Positions 12,114 through 25,481 are shown, counted from the stretch's first letter. The stretch: 64,000 nucleotides of DNA from Anthoceros angustus (GCA_010909165.1 MU008154.1:719682-783681); one strand, 5' to 3'. The notes: generated by a model from the sequence alone, not told the origin. Translations and numbers: made by a program.

Positions 12114-14720
12114 AAGGAAATATCAAATATCCATTTATAGTACCTATCACAAGAAAAAACAATTTGAAGATGCTAGAAAGGAAATATCAAATATCCCTGT
12201 ATAGTATCTAGTATTCAAGGTCATCTATAAAGGAGCCATCATCTAAGTGGTTGGTTGAGTTGCCCACCTTAGTTGCACCTTAGGAAAGCCTAACAAGAAG
12301 TGGTTTGTTAAGTTGCTCATCCTCGCTCCACCTCGTGAACATCTATCAAACAATAAGTGGTGTATAAAATTGAACATCTATCAAACAATAAGTGGTGTAT
12401 AAAATTGAACATCTATCAAACAATAAGTGCTCGTAAAATTGAACATCTATCAAACAATAAGTGGTCTATAAAATTGAACATCTATCAAACAATAAGTGGT
12501 CTATAAAATTGAACATCTATCAAACAATAAGTGGTCTATAAAATTGAACATCTATCAAACAATAAGTGGTCTATAAAATTGAACATCTATCAAACAATAA
12601 GTGGTCATAAAATTGAACATCTATCAAACAATAAGTGGTCTATAAAATTGAACATCTATCAAACAATAAGTGCTCGTAAAATTGAACATCTATCAAACAA
12701 TAAGTGGTCGGTAAAATTGCTCATCGCAAGGTTCCACCGAGAACTCCTAACAATTGATTGCCTAGGATATTGAGAGCAACCACCACGGTTGAATATATTT
12801 TCACAAAAATAATCCATATTGACCAATTTTAAATACATTATAGAGCACAAACATCCAAGCAATAATGAATTCCTCGCGACCAAGCAATAATTATGAGTTG
12901 CTCGAGGACCTAAGACAACGTTGTGGTCATCTAAGTCTTGACTTGATCAAGCTCAATAAAAGAATGTGGATGACTTGATCAAGCTTAAGGCAAAGGCCAC
13001 GGTCACCACATGCAAACCGCTGCTAAGGAAGGCAAATTGAGTCTTGATGACTTGATCAAGCTCAATAAAAGAATAAGCATGACTTGATCAAGCTTAAGGC
13101 AAAGGACCACGGTGGCGGTCACCATATGTATGGAACCGTTGCCGCTAAGGCAAATTGAGTCTTGATGACTTGATCAAGCTCAATAAAAGAAAGCAAGGCG
13201 TGGCGGTGCTCGTCATCCAATGCGGGGAAGCTGTTGCCAAGGCGAGAGGTTCTCGAGGCTCGGAGGTGTTGACACACGACTTACGAGATAAGTAGCAAGA
13301 CAGCGCACCCTACTTAACCTCCAAGGTTTGTAACTACACACTTTGGTGTGTGTTAGATGCTTAAGTACTTAGTGGAACTTGTGCATATTTAGTGTTACTT
13401 GTGCCCTAGCTTGTCGATATATGATTGCGGTTTTGAACTTCAATTTTACATTTGATTTTTGTTGTGATCTTGTCTCACAGTTTAAGTTGAAGTCTCTAAC
13501 TTTGTGATACTTGAGCCCCGACTTTGTTGCAACCCTAACGGATTGTGGTTCTCTTCGCGGTAAAGCTCGAACCACTAAGCCAAACAACCACTTGGATCTT
13601 GATGGCAAACCAATGACCATTGAGGCAATTGATATGCGAATGATAATACAAGCAAAACCAACGACCCCAAATGGGAGTGTGACATGTTATAGGAAGAGGA
13701 GGTAGCCGACCTCCGCCATAGTCAAAAGTGCAGAGGTCTTGGATGCGGAGCTAGATGTGTACCATGGTCAAGTGATGCGAGATTGCATATCGCAAGACTT
13801 CATGTTAGCACAATTTAGTATGCAAATTTAAAGGTGGAAACAAGAAGGGCCCGATATGTATGTAATATGGTTGTATGTTTCTTTGTTGTTGCAAAGAATA
13901 GCATACATAAATAATTAAATAAATAATTTTATTTACTATGCTAGTGAAAAATAATCACTATACTAAACATGTATACATACAATACCTAGAGGTGAAGAAG
14001 TTTCATAGTTTTCTAAATACAATTAATAACTGTAAGAAGGAAGAAGAAGAAGAAGAAGAAGATGATGAAGAAGAAGAAGAAGAAGAGGAGGAGGAAGAAG
14101 AAGAACAAGAAGATGAAGAGGAAGAAGAAGAAGAAGAACAACAACAACAACAACAAGATGAAGAAGAAACTTGTTCAAGTCCACTAAAGACGGATCTTCG
14201 TCATAGGATTGAAATATGGCAACTACATAGATTGCGGTAAAATGGTCTAGACGAATGCAAAGGTAAAATTCAAACAAGACAAATAATCTTCAATCAATCA
14301 ATAATGTTAATGAAATGCATGAGAGGGCTAAACACCACAAATTCATCCCCATGAAAGAAAGCTTGACTTGCAAGAGCAGCTCAAAAGTGTAACTTCTCCT
14401 TCTTAATCTTCCATTGCAATGGTGTAAGATTGATATATAACGAGTCGTAACATAGACCTAGCCTTCATAACTGGAGGCGATCATCCATGGAGTGAAAAGT
14501 CATAATCAATATGCGGTGCCGGCTCCTTTCGCAAGGCTCGAGCAAGCGTACATCGACCTCTAGCCTATTGAGAAACTCCTCCACAAGTGGTGCAACAATG
14601 TCATTACCAAGACCATAAATTTCAAGTTCAATGCACGGCAGCACCGTCGCCTTCGATATTGTGTTACCACCGTGACAAGAAGGAGCAGGGGGATCGATAT
14701 CATTAACTCCATGGGTTTCC
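12114..14720 (-). repeat. Inverted partial copy (D) of the cassette, unit positions ~2770 back to ~65
   Basis: AAGGAAATATCAAATATCCATTTATAG at 12114 is the reverse complement of unit ~2745-2772. The 35-bp array, 117-bp repeats and a (GAA)n tract follow in reverse order. Confidence 0.95.
12865..13831 (+). CDS. Cassette multi-SLDDLIK gene, inverted copy D
   Basis: ATGAATTCC at 12865; exon B peptide TTKPNNHLDLDGKPMTIEAIDMRMIIQ in ORF 13511-13705; stop at 13829-13831. Confidence 0.45.
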
Positions 14721-14965
14721 ACTTGCAGCCTAAATTGTGCTAACATGAAGTCTTGCGATGCAATCTGCATCACTTGACCATGGTACACATCTAGCTCGCA
14801 TCCAAGACCTCCTTTGACTATGGCGGAGGTGGTGGCTACCTCCTCTTCCTATAACATGTGCCGCCACACTCCCATTTGGGGGTCATTGGTTTGCCGCTTG
14901 TATTATCATTCGCATATCAATTGCCTCAATGGTCATTGGTTTGCCATCAAGATCCAAGTGGTTGT
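14715..14965 (+). repeat. Short direct-orientation cassette fragment (unit ~985-1250)
   Basis: TAAATTGTGCTAACATGAAGTCTTGCG...GATCCAAGTGGTTGT matches unit A 1010-1250. Confidence 0.9.
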
Positions 14966-15120
14966 GGAATGGCATTGGCACGCGGGGTGCCTTTGATGAC
15001 ATGTTTCCGGCATGTCGGGGGGAATAAAATGTTTGTATTTTTAAATGGGCTAACCCAGTGTGGGAACTAACTCACTTCCTTTCTAAGCGGTTGATCTGTG
15101 TTTAGCATATGTATATCAGA

Positions 15121-15547
15121 CGCTTTAAATAAACATCGAATACGGTTGATGAACTAGAGGAAGAAGTTGATGAAGCATCGCACTAAAGCTCCAATTGTCC
15201 CTCGAAATACATATTACTATGCATTGTGGGATGGATCAAGAAGACGGAGTTGCCGCATATTTTGAGATGGCCAAGGACTCAAGGAGGATCGCATAGCGAT
15301 CCAAGTGGTGGCATGGTACATAATTATACTTTGAAAGCCGGTGTACGCACTTTGGTCGAGGAATGATGCAAACTTGACTATTGCTATTATTCGTGACGTT
15401 ATCCACACGTATAATGGGTTCCTTCCAAAATTTATATTTGCAATGGATAACACATGCCGAGAATAAGAACGATTGCTTTTGCGTACCTCAATATGCTTGT
15501 TGAGGTGGGCACCTTTGAAAAGGTGAAGGTCGGTTCTCGTAGGGCAT
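15121..15547 (+). pseudogene. DDE transposase, DUF7869/Sola-like, 5' part
   Basis: Frameshifted motifs (D)GMDQxKTELPH, NDANLTIAII, LYLQMDNTCRENKN, LFAYLNMLVEVGTFEKVKVG..VGH; ends exactly at the gypsy TSD. Confidence 0.75.
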
Positions 15548-16176
15548 TGTGATTCGGACTTCTGGGGGTTAGAAATTAGGTAGGGCTTTGTTTTTTGTAG
15601 GAGTAAAGGATAAATGGCGGAAAAGGGAAATAAGCATGGGCACTCGGACGGCACTGGAGTATACTCCGGACTCCGGAGTGAGGAAGCGTACAGGGACCTA
15701 CTATGGTAGGCGCCACGATGCGGATAAGTCCGACCCACTCCAAGACCGAGGCGGGATAAATGCAGAAAATGCTGAGAGTTGGGCCGTGGGAGGCGGACCG
15801 GGCGCCGCCACGTGGGCAACTCAGGTGGAAGCAGCATCTGTGGCGGGGAAGTAACCTTGCCGAGGCCGTTATGGCGGTATTCACGCCGCGGACCGCGCGG
15901 CACAGAAGACCGAGTACGCGCAAGGCTGAGGGCGCGGGACGTAATAAGCCGCGCACTGCGCGCTACGGATGTGTGGAAGAGGCGCCCGCCTGCCGTTACT
16001 CCCACGAGCGGGCGGGGAAGGTCACGCAGCCGAGACACCGCGATCTCGCCCGCACCGCTCGGGCGGTATCTCGTGGACACAGACGCTCGCTCACCGCTGA
16101 GGTCGGAGCACAACGCGAAGAAGGCGCAACGTGCTGCCAGCCCGGCTGCGCCATGCAACCAAGGGAGGAGAAGGCG

Positions 16177-19100
16177 ATGGCACCCAAAAGCCCGCGAAGT
16201 TTGGGAGCCATGGAACCTTGTGGAGCGCAACATTGTGACCCGCGCTATCCGGACTTTGGGCCTGGCTCCGAGCGGGAGAATTGGTGCAGGAGTGGCATTT
16301 GGATGTGTTCCGGATAGTGCGGACATTTGTGTCTCTGGTCGGGAGTTCGCCCAAGATGCCGGGCGGTCAATAAGGAGGTGCGGTCCAAGAACCTCCGGAG
16401 GACCCAAGGCGATGGACCTTGAGGTCCCGAGGCGGCCTACAACCGCCCAAAGGAGGAAGAGGGGAGGGTGCCGAGCCCCTCAAGGCGGGGAAGATAGGGC
16501 CCGGCCACAGCGATGCTAAGGCTCGACGCAACGACCACCAACGGTTGGTCGATATCCGACTGTTGGACGGTCGAGTAAGGGCGGTGGCGGATCATTGTCC
16601 ATCGAACCTACTCACCAAGGTGGATCACCTTGGTGATAATCTGATAGTATTCACCTTGCGGCCGGGAAGAAGGCGGTGAGGAAGGATTATCTTCGCCGGT
16701 TTAGCGAGGCTTAGCTCGGCCGAAGCCTTAGCCATCAATACGATCCATGTATGGGGGCATTTCGAGCTCCTCAAGGAAGGAGAGCTTGAGCGAGCCCGAA
16801 AGGACCGAGGCCCCGCCAAGTGGAGGGCAAGGGCGCCGAGGGGAGGAGGCCGTCAAAGCCAAACGGACTCGGAGGAGGACGATCGAGGATTCCTGACTCC
16901 ATACGTCTGAACGGACCCCTCACCACCTGTGGAAGTATGGAAGAAATTCCCCGCCTCCCTCCTTCCGTGCCCCAACCAGCAGCCCAGAAGCGGCCCCGAC
17001 CCCAGCAGCCGCCACGGCCATCACTCCTACCGAGGAGCCCCACGACTGTGAGGGAGCCAAGAGACGCAAGACCACGGCTGGCGGCACCCGGTCGGTGCAG
17101 TTTCCCCCTTGCAGGTGAGGCGGAGGAAGCGGAGGACCCAAGGCGATGGACCTTGAGGTCCCGAGGCGGAGGACAGCGCAGCCACGAGCAGTCACATCGC
17201 CCGGCGGAAGGGCAAAAGGCTTGCTCCCGACTCTCACCTCCTCCGAGCCCTGTGGAGGAAAAGGGCGAGAAGGAGCTCGCGCCAAAAGGGCCAAGGAGGA
17301 AGCTCGGGCTCGGCCTCGGGGACCTAAGGGTCCCGATTAGGTCCGAGAACCCACCGACTTACTCAGGGTATGGAGGTCCTTGCGGACCGTGAGATCACGG
17401 CTCCACTACGGACTTTGTGGGAGCCTCACGTGACGTGGAAGAAACAGGGTCAGCTACCGTCATGGGCGGTATGCTCACAGTCTGCGGGATGGCCGAGAAG
17501 ACCTGGAGGTAGAAGCCACCCGCATGGTACTCCTCCGAGGCGGTTGGAGGAGCCCAGAGGCGAGAAGGAAGGCCAAGCCTCGGCCGATTGAGGAAGGCGG
17601 AGGCGAGAGGGAGGTCCGTCCATCCGCAAGGACCGGACCAAATTCCATTGGAGGAGCCCAGAGGCGAGAAGGAAGGCCAAGGAGGCGGAGGACCTCTGCA
17701 GGCGGAGGCGGAGGCGAGAAGGAGCTCGCGCCAAAAGGGCCAAGGAGGCGGAGGCGGAGGCGGCCGAGAGCCACGCCAATCAAGGCCGAGCAAGTGGAGG
17801 CTCGGTGAAGGTGGCCAAGGAGGCGGAGGCCACGGCCGATCGCGATCACTATCGGCGTGATCGGGCCGGTGGAGGGAGGCGGCCGAGAGCCACGCCAATC
17901 AAGGCCGAGCAGTGGCAAGAAGCGGAGGAAGAAGAAGGAGGAGGAGGCCGGAAATCGGGGACCTCGGTGCAGTGCAGAGGTAGAAGGGAGGCGGCAGGAG
18001 TTGGAGGACAGTAAGGACACCTTGGAATTACAACTCCAAGATGCGTCGGAGCAGCAAGGAATTCTCAATGGGAGAATCCAGGACTTCGAGCAGGAGATAG
18101 AGCGCCTCCAGCTCTGCCTGAAGATGGAGCAGGAGGTGGCGGAGCAAGCGCGGACCAACCAGGCCCAAGAAGCTCGCCACAAGGAGGTAGAGGATCTCCG
18201 GACTCAGCTCCGGGAGGTGGAGCAGCAGCGGCAGGAGATGGAGGACCGCAAGGAGACTTTGGAGCTGCAGCTCCAAACTATCATTGAGAGGAATGGTAGT
18301 CTGCAGGACATGGTCGCGGAGCAGGCGAAATAAAGCTCCATTGGCGCGGAGTCGGAGGCGATGGAGCAGGGGAGGCGTCGAGATGGAAAAGGGCACAGGT
18401 GAAGCCCGCGATCAGCGTGTTGCCGCTCGGAGGCGGGAGATGGCGGAGTTAACGGGAATGGACAAGGAGGCGGAGGAGGACAAGAAGCTGCGGTCGGTGA
18501 GGAAGTCGGAAGGGGAGCAGCTGCTATGGCGGGCAAGGCGCGGAGCAGGCGGAGGAGTTGGAGCAAGTGGAGCAGCGGCGGGAGGTGAGGCGACCTGGCA
18601 GCCTCGCGGCAACCCGGCTCGGCTATCAACAGCGGGAGGTGGAGCAACAAGCGGGGCTCGGCTCCGGGCATCTATGGCGAAGAGTATCGGTGCTCCGGCA
18701 CGTGGAAGAGGCAATCCAGAAGTGGATTCGGACTTTGCCTATTACCACGAGCTCAGGAGAGGCCTCTCGGCCACGCATAGGCGGACCTGGAAGGCTCGGA
18801 GGAAGAAGGGCACGAGAGACAGGACCCTAGGGGCCTGCTTGGAGACGACAAGGAGGGAGCCCAAGAGGAGCGGGACGCAGGACCCCAAGGTAAGTTCACC
18901 ACCACCCGATCCGGAGGGGGGTGAGGGGCAGTGCAGAGAGCCAACCCACCAAGACAAGGGTCGGGGTAAGGAGGAGGACCTAGCATCTGAGGTCCACAGG
19001 AAGTCCGGAGTTGGAGATCGGACCCGAGGTCCGGACTCGAGGTCCGGACTCGAGGTCCGGACTCGAGGTCCGGACTCGAGGTCCGGACCTTGGAGTTCGG

Positions 19101-19365
19101 GGCTCGGGTCGACCGGACTCGAGGTCGGGACTCCCGATGAGGAGCCCCTTCGACTTCGCTAGGGGAGCGGTGGCCGGAGGACCCAGGAGGCCGAGGGGAG
19201 GATGACGTTGTGTAGCGCGTTGTCGAGCCGCCACCGGTAACTGGGATTCGGGAAAGGAGGGGTCCGCCTCGCGGATCATCCGATTAGGCGCCTTGTGTCG
19301 GGAGATTGGACCACCAATCCCAAGGCGGAACCCGGACCTTCCATTACCGTGGCGAAGGAGATAGG
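16177..19365 (+). CDS. LTR-embedded extra ORF (MAPK... start; 'putative plant transposon protein'-like N-terminal domain plus long coiled coil), frameshifted; second copy ~26124-29367
   Basis: MAPKSPEVWEPWNLVERNIVTRAIRTLGLAP.RELVQEW; RIIVHWNLLTKVDHLGDNLIV...LGRIIxAGLARL; heptad-rich RRQELEDSKDTLELQLQDASEQQGILNGRIQDFEQEIERLQ (ORF 17857-18333). End position approximate. Confidence 0.6.
19026..19135. repeat. 13-bp quasi-palindromic tandem repeat GAGGTCCGGACTC in the gypsy LTR
   Basis: At least 4 perfect units 19026-19077 plus degenerate ones; degenerate at 29020-29160. Confidence 0.9.
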
Positions 19366-19452
19366 AGGAAGAGGATGGTAGGCGGCCGATTAGGGCATCT
19401 TGGTGGCCGTCGGCTCGGAATAGGGGTGTAATAAAGACGCCGACCGGCGTAG

Positions 19453-19482
19453 TATAAGAGGGCCGGGCTGCCACAGATAAAT
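19453..19482 (+). promoter_or_regulatory. Candidate LTR TATA box (TATAAG) and downstream ATAAA signal; same motif at ~29459
   Basis: The only AT-rich motif in a GC-rich LTR, conserved in both LTRs, ~550 bp before the LTR end. Confidence 0.45.
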
Positions 19483-20013
19483 CATCTTTCTTGGTGTTGA
19501 TGCGTTCTTGCGCACCTTGTGTGTCTTCCTAACGTGAGTCCCGAGTCACCGAAAGGTGCACGGCCCGGAGGGATTGATCGTGGTCCCGTGACGGACCTAA
19601 CGTGTTGTGGTGTGTGCGGGGAAGGGTGGCGGGGACCCGTGCTCGTCGAGCGCGACCGAGCGGAGCGTGTGAGCCGGAGGGACTCGGAGGCGTCTCGGCG
19701 CCGGACGAGAGGCCCGGTGGAGCAGCGGAGGAGGTCCGACTGTAACCCGCGCCTTCTAAGACCGATAAGTGTAGTGAGAGAGGAGGACGAGAGGTGTGAG
19801 AGACGGAGCAGGCACTGACAGGTCCTTAAACGCTTGGCCATACCGGCTGTGCGGTGTTGTTGCGAGTAGTTACGTGAACTAAGGGTGTGCGTTAGGGCGG
19901 TGGACGTAAAGTAAAGGCGAGAAAGCGCTGAAGCAGCCTATCATTCCTTTGGGAACGGACTTCTTCCTACAACGACACGGATTGTCGCGGTGGCCGTCGG
20001 TAGTCGCGCCACA

Positions 20014-20030
20014 TTTTGGCCGTTCTTGGA
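20014..20030 (+). promoter_or_regulatory. Gypsy primer-binding site (TTTTGGCCGTTCTTGGA, TGGCGCCGTT-like)
   Basis: Immediately after the LTR CA; resembles the Athila/Tat-type PBS with a deletion. The primer tRNA cannot be assigned. Confidence 0.55.
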
Positions 20031-21950
20031 ATGAAATCGTTCCGTAGCGTGGATGCGTGGAGGACGGAGGTAGTTAAGGGCAATTCGAGAGAGGACGTTG
20101 TGACCGGCGCTCGCACGAGCCGCGTGAGAGACGACGAGCTCGAGGCGAGACACGATAGCGGTGGTGGGTTGTCGGATCGAGAGGAGGACGCAGACCAAGT
20201 CAGCGGCGGTTCCTCATCCCTTGATCGCGATGGCAACAACGCCGACCAAGCAAGCGATTCTCTTTGGAGGTAAGAAGGAGAGGCCGAAACCTTCGTGGAG
20301 GATTTCGTGTCACGGGCAAACTTCAACGGAGAAGGTTCGGATCGCGACTCATTCATTGTTCCAAGGTGTCTAGGGGCGGCTCGGTGGTACCGGAGGAAAT
20401 ACCACCGCCTCGAGCACCCCACCGCAAACTTGAGCATTGAAGGATGCCTTCAGAAAGATTCCATGAATCGATCAAGAAGGCTACGCCTTGTCCAAACTCG
20501 AGAACAAGCGAGGAAAGACGGAGAAGTTGGGATCGTACATCGAACGGTTCTACGCTACCGGGACCGGCACCCCACTCACACTACCATGCAGGCGGTACGT
20601 TGGTTCGGAGCTGGCTTATCCAAGCCAATGGCTAAGCATGCTCGTTGGCGAAGAAAGATGTGAGCAAGGCGGTCCGGGGCGAGAACTATGAAGAATCGAT
20701 GCACCAACGACGGCCGAGGACTCCTCCGGAGGAAAGAAGAAAAAGAAGCGGGGTCGGACTCGAAGATGAAGAACCCTGACGAGGAGGATGATGAGACCGA
20801 GGCACGGAGGAAGAGGAAGAGGACTCAAGAAGAATCCGAGGTCATGGAAGAAGAAGAACCCGCCAAAAAATAAAGAAGAAGCCCGTAGTCGCGGAGGGTG
20901 GAAAAGAAGGAGGTCATGATGCCGCACGTGCAGGTCCACCAGCTCCTTTTGAAGGAAGTAGCGGGCCGAGGGAAGATCTAGAGCGGGTAATGAAGAGGGT
21001 GGAGGAGTTGACGATCAACCGTGAAGGATAAAGAACGGTAAGGTGGCCACCACGGTCCGACTCATTTGTGGTGTGCGGTGTGTCACCAACATGGGCATTC
21101 AAGGCCAACCGCCTCCGCCCGTGAACCGTGTGGAGTATGACTACGGGAAGAGTCAGGAAAGTGGGAGGATGCATACCAAGTGCAAGAAGCAGGACCACGG
21201 TATCCCGACGATGTACCCCATGCAGCTGGTCCGTCTGCATCGACCTCCGATGCAAAGACCGCATGGGAGCCCTCCAGAATTCTCGGCGGTGGTGCACTGT
21301 GGAACCCGGGCACTACTCCAACGCCCATACCCCACCGCAAGGTAACGGGACTTTGAACGCCTGTGGAGATGGCGGGGGCACATGGCGGGTACCTTGTGTC
21401 GAAACCTCGCTCGGACGGTGCGCTCGCCACCCGGCGAGAGCCCCGCCTCGCCTCCCTCCTAAGGCGGCGCATGCAAATTGAAGACGACAACCGGGCGGAG
21501 GGGAGGAGGCACCGAGGAGCTCGAACGAGGTGGTACGGGCAAGTTCGCCAAGGAGAAGAAGGCGGACACAGTCTTGGAAGTGTCAACCCGAGTCGCCGAG
21601 AAAAGGAAGGAAGAGGCAGTTTAAGAGGAAGAAAAATGGGGATAGTCCCACGGATACGGAGGACGGAACACCTGCGAAGGAAGCCGAACCCGCCAAAGAG
21701 GACGAGTTAAACCGGGCAGCTCTGCCAGAAGAAGAAACCTCCCAAAAGCCACCGGGAGTCTCCGGAGAAGCGGACTCACCTACGGCAACGCCGCAGTTTC
21801 CACCGGATGTGGTCCGAGAAGTGACCGAGATGCTTCAGGAAGAACTCCGACAGGACCCAGAAGTGGTCCGACCACCACAGCGCAGTGGCCAAACGCTGGA
21901 GGAGTCAAGGCGGTGGCGCGGCAGGAGAACCACCCGCCCTTTCAAGGTGG
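20030..21950 (+). pseudogene. gag: Gypsy gag (retrotransposon gag domain, Cys/His knuckles), frameshifted
   Basis: FVEDFVSRANFNGE, LGAARWYRRK, LSKLE..EKLGSYIERF, LWCAVCHQHGH (~21066), WCTV.EPGHYSNA. Confidence 0.7.
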
Positions 21951-22139
21951 CCGACTTGATGATGGACCAACAACACTTGGTGTCCCTTAGTTGTTAAAAG
22001 ACAACCAGTATCGGCGAAGTCCGGCCATCGAGCACAACCACGCCGGAACTCCTTGGTGGGAAGCAAACGTGGAGGTAAGGGTCGATCTCATACGGACCAC
22101 AGGCGCCGATGGTGCGGTGGAAATTGCGGGTGTGTAATT

Positions 22140-25100
22140 AAAACGTGCCTCTAGACACGGGTCGAGTGAACCTCATCACCGAGGCCACCGCAAGGCAGGG
22201 GGGTTCACCACCTTCGAGCCATCCACCAAAACCCTCGTGATGGCGGACATGTCGCGGCGCCCGGGAGTTGTCCGAGTCCAAGCCACCATAGCGGAGCCCC
22301 TATACATTAGATTTCGTCATCGGACCGGGACCTCCAGGGTATGAGGTCCTTAGACCTTGGCTGAGCCTCGCTCGAGACAAAACTACACTTGGACGGAAGG
22401 AAATACACTTCAAGCCGTGGACTGGGATCCAAGGTGAGGGAAGGACGGTAGCGATTACAGGTAAGGACACATCTGTGGTGGCACCGGCCTGCGAGGGTAC
22501 ACCTCCGCAGAAAAGTGGGGACGATGAGCGCGAGGATACGAATGAGGACTACCCTTTCCCAAAATCACGTGGTCAAGAAGAAATGGACTATCGAGGGACA
22601 CCTTTGGAGCGGAGGTGATCATTGCTTAGTGGAAGTCGCGGGACGAATAACAAGAGGGGAATCCATGAGGAGGACCAAGAAGTAACTGCACCTCGGACGA
22701 ACTCTTCCGAGAATGGGGAATGCGTGAAGATGAACCTGGTGAGGATGATGGCTTGGAGTGAGCGGCGAGGAAAGAGAGACAACCCGACGATGTGGAAGGC
22801 GATGTGGAGGTTCGCCAGGAAATTCCTAAAATTCGCAAGGGTATGCCATCGAGTTAAACAAGACCTCACCATTGTTGGGGAATTCAGGTGTTGCTTTCAA
22901 GGTCACGGACATGAAGGGCATTCAAACAAGGCGAACACCGGATAGATTCGAAGCCGTGAGCGGTGCCTGCTCGGATTAGGCAAGATAAATCAATCCCAAG
23001 CACTCGCCAAGGTCAAGGAAGTCCCGGATAAGTATCCGAAGCGTACATCATCTTCCCAATCGTGAATAAAGGAGTGGGTGGCGCCCATTGTGGTCGTGCC
23101 GAAGAAGCGGCGGGGCGGGTCTCAGAGAGAAAGCTTAACGCCGCCACGAAAAGGACCATTTCCCATGCCCTTTGTGGGCGACATCTCTTGGACAAGGTGG
23201 CGGGCGGAGTACCTACTCCTTCTTGGGCGGCTACTCGGCTACAACCATTACACCTAAGGGTCGGTGGGATAAGACAACATTCACCACGGAGTGGGGACGC
23301 TTGCCTACAAACGGAGTGCCTTCGGATGACAGAGCACCCGGATCATTTATGCGGATGGTGACCAATGTCTTCCGGAATTCCCGAGGGACTTCATGGAGGT
23401 GTTCTTGGGCGACTTACATGCGAGAGGAGGACAAACACGTGGACATTTGCGGAAGTGTTTGGAACGATGTAGGAGACTCAACTGCTCGCATCCCGAGAAA
23501 TGCTACTGCATGACAGAGGGAATCTTGTTGGGGCTGTCGGCAAGAGGGATAGAGGTGGACCAAGACAAGGTGAAAGTCATCCGATCCCTGCGGCCCGAAC
23601 TTGAAGGAGTTACGGGATTCCCGGCATGGTGGGTTACTATAGGCGCATACAAGATTTTGCAAAGAGGGCCTCCAGCTAGAGCTACTCAGAAGGAGGAGGA
23701 ATGGACCGGACGCCGAGAGGAGGCGGCATTCAGACCTCCAGACCACTCAGTCGGTGCCCGTACTCAAGGACGGGGAGCGATTCCATGTGTGGATGTGTCA
23801 GCCATCGGGTAGTGCTCACCAAAAGATGATAAACGGAGGGATCACCCAATCTACTACGCTGGAAGACAGCTCACGAACGCGGAACGGAGGTACACTACTA
23901 CGGAGCGAGAGGCATTGGGAATGGTATACGCTAAGAAATTCGCACTACCTTCCCGCCCAATGAGTTTGTGTTCTATGTTGATCACTGCCAAGCACTTTGG
24001 TGAACAAGGCCGAGACTTGTCGGACGGTGCGAGGTGGATTCTGCTGTGGAGTTCACATTTGAGGTGGAGACTAGGCAAGGAAGCAACACCGGACTTCTTG
24101 TCCAGTTAAAGGCAGACATCTGCGGATCGAGGAGGGCCTTCCGGATGAGGAATTGGTGGCGCGATAGAGGAGGATAGAGGAGGAGGACAAACCCTAAAAG
24201 GGGCAGCGGACCTGGCGAAGCGGAGAAGGGAGGCGGGCCGGGCGGCCCTCTTATGCGGAGAGCAGTACCTATGGGAGATGGAGCTACCAAGCGAACAGGT
24301 CAGTGGCGAGCCTTTGTGCACTACGCCGCCTTTCTTGTATAACGGTTGCATCTTTAAGGTGGGGCCGGATGGCGTGGAACGAAGGTACCTCCAACAGGTG
24401 GTAATAAAGGGGATGCACGAAGGACTAGGTGGTGGACATTATGCAGCGCAGGTCACCACCAAGAAAATCTTGGAGGCTGGGTACTGGTGGCCCACCATGT
24501 ATGGGGAAACACACCAATTCGTGAAGAAGTGTGATGCTTGTCAGCGGATCGGGAAGCCGACTGCCACAACCCAATGGCCGTTAGTGCCCATACTAGCACT
24601 AGCGCCTTTTGAGAAGTGGGGCATCGACTTCGTTGGACCTATACAGCCAACGACGAGGCACACACAAAAGCGGTACATTTTGGTGGCAACGGACTACTGC
24701 ACCAGGTGGGTGGAAGCAGTCGCTACTAGAACGGACTCTGCGAGCACGGTGGCCAAATTCCTCTACGAAAACATCATCACAAGGTACGGGTGTCCGTTGC
24801 AGCTAGTAAGCGATCGGGGAACCCATTTCCTCAATGATGTGATAACTGCAATGACGGACTATTTCGGCATCACACATCGTAAAACGGCCCCCTGTCCAAA
24901 TAGCGGGTGGAGAAGACCAATGGACTTATCCGCCGATCCTCAATAAGCGACGGTTAACTATGCGCACGATCGATACAAAGCCGCCATCGCGCTATGGGCG
25001 CTCGTAACGGCAGAAGGTAACCACGCAACGAACTCCGAGACATTCGACCTATGGGCACTCACCCGTTATGCCGGTCGAGTTTGAGGTGCCAACACTCGGG

Positions 25101-25445
25101 TCATGATGGAAAGGCGCTTAACGGATGAAGAGAGCCAAGCTGGAGGCGGTTGCTAGGGTTTGTGCAAAGATACGGAGGACCGGAAGAGGCGCAATCTGAG
25201 TACGAATCAGCAAACTATGGCATGATAGGCGCCTTAGGAATCAGGAGTATGTGAAGGAGGGAGATCTGGCCCTCCTTTACGACAGCCGACATATGCACTT
25301 CCCGGGTAAACTCCACCTACGATGGATGGGACCTTACCAAGTCGTACGGGTATACACCAATGGGTCCGTTCAGCTTCGGCAGTTGGATGGTGAATTGCTG
25401 CCCACTCGGGTGAACGGGTGGCGGGTGAAAAAGTACCACGCTTAG
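22140..25445 (+). pseudogene. pol: Gypsy pol: protease, RT, RNase H, integrase (frameshifted)
   Basis: LDTG..VNLITEAT (~22150); EWVxPIVVVPKK, RKLNAATK, FMEVFL.D (~23391); FHV..DVS; GGHYA..TTKKILEAGYWWPTMY..CDACQ, PFEKWGIDFVGP, ILVATDYCTRWVEA; GKLHLRWMGPY..VNGWRVKKY. Confidence 0.93.
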
Positions 25446-25468
25446 TGTTGGCGGAGACGCCAACAGGT

Positions 25469-25481
25469 GAGAAGGGGAGTA
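25469..25481 (+). promoter_or_regulatory. Gypsy polypurine tract GAGAAGGGGAG
   Basis: Lies just after the IN stop and directly before the TG of the 3' LTR. Confidence 0.85.

Larger units (their letters stand above)
15548..20013 (+). repeat. 5' LTR of gypsy element (~4.47 kb)
   Basis: Starts TGTGATTCGGACTTC..GGGGTTAGAAA, ends GTCGCGCCACA, colinear with 25482-30016. Confidence 0.88.

Noticed and set aside
12531-12773. ORFs over the 35-bp and 45-bp arrays (also 6522-6755, 40258-40440, 48598-48894)
   Set aside because: Repeat-derived; the 35-bp period is not a multiple of 3 and there is no coding evidence.
15217-19474. Numerous long minus-strand ORFs in the gypsy LTRs and gag
   Set aside because: Shadow frames of GC-rich, stop-poor sequence; the protein-like signal is on the + strand.
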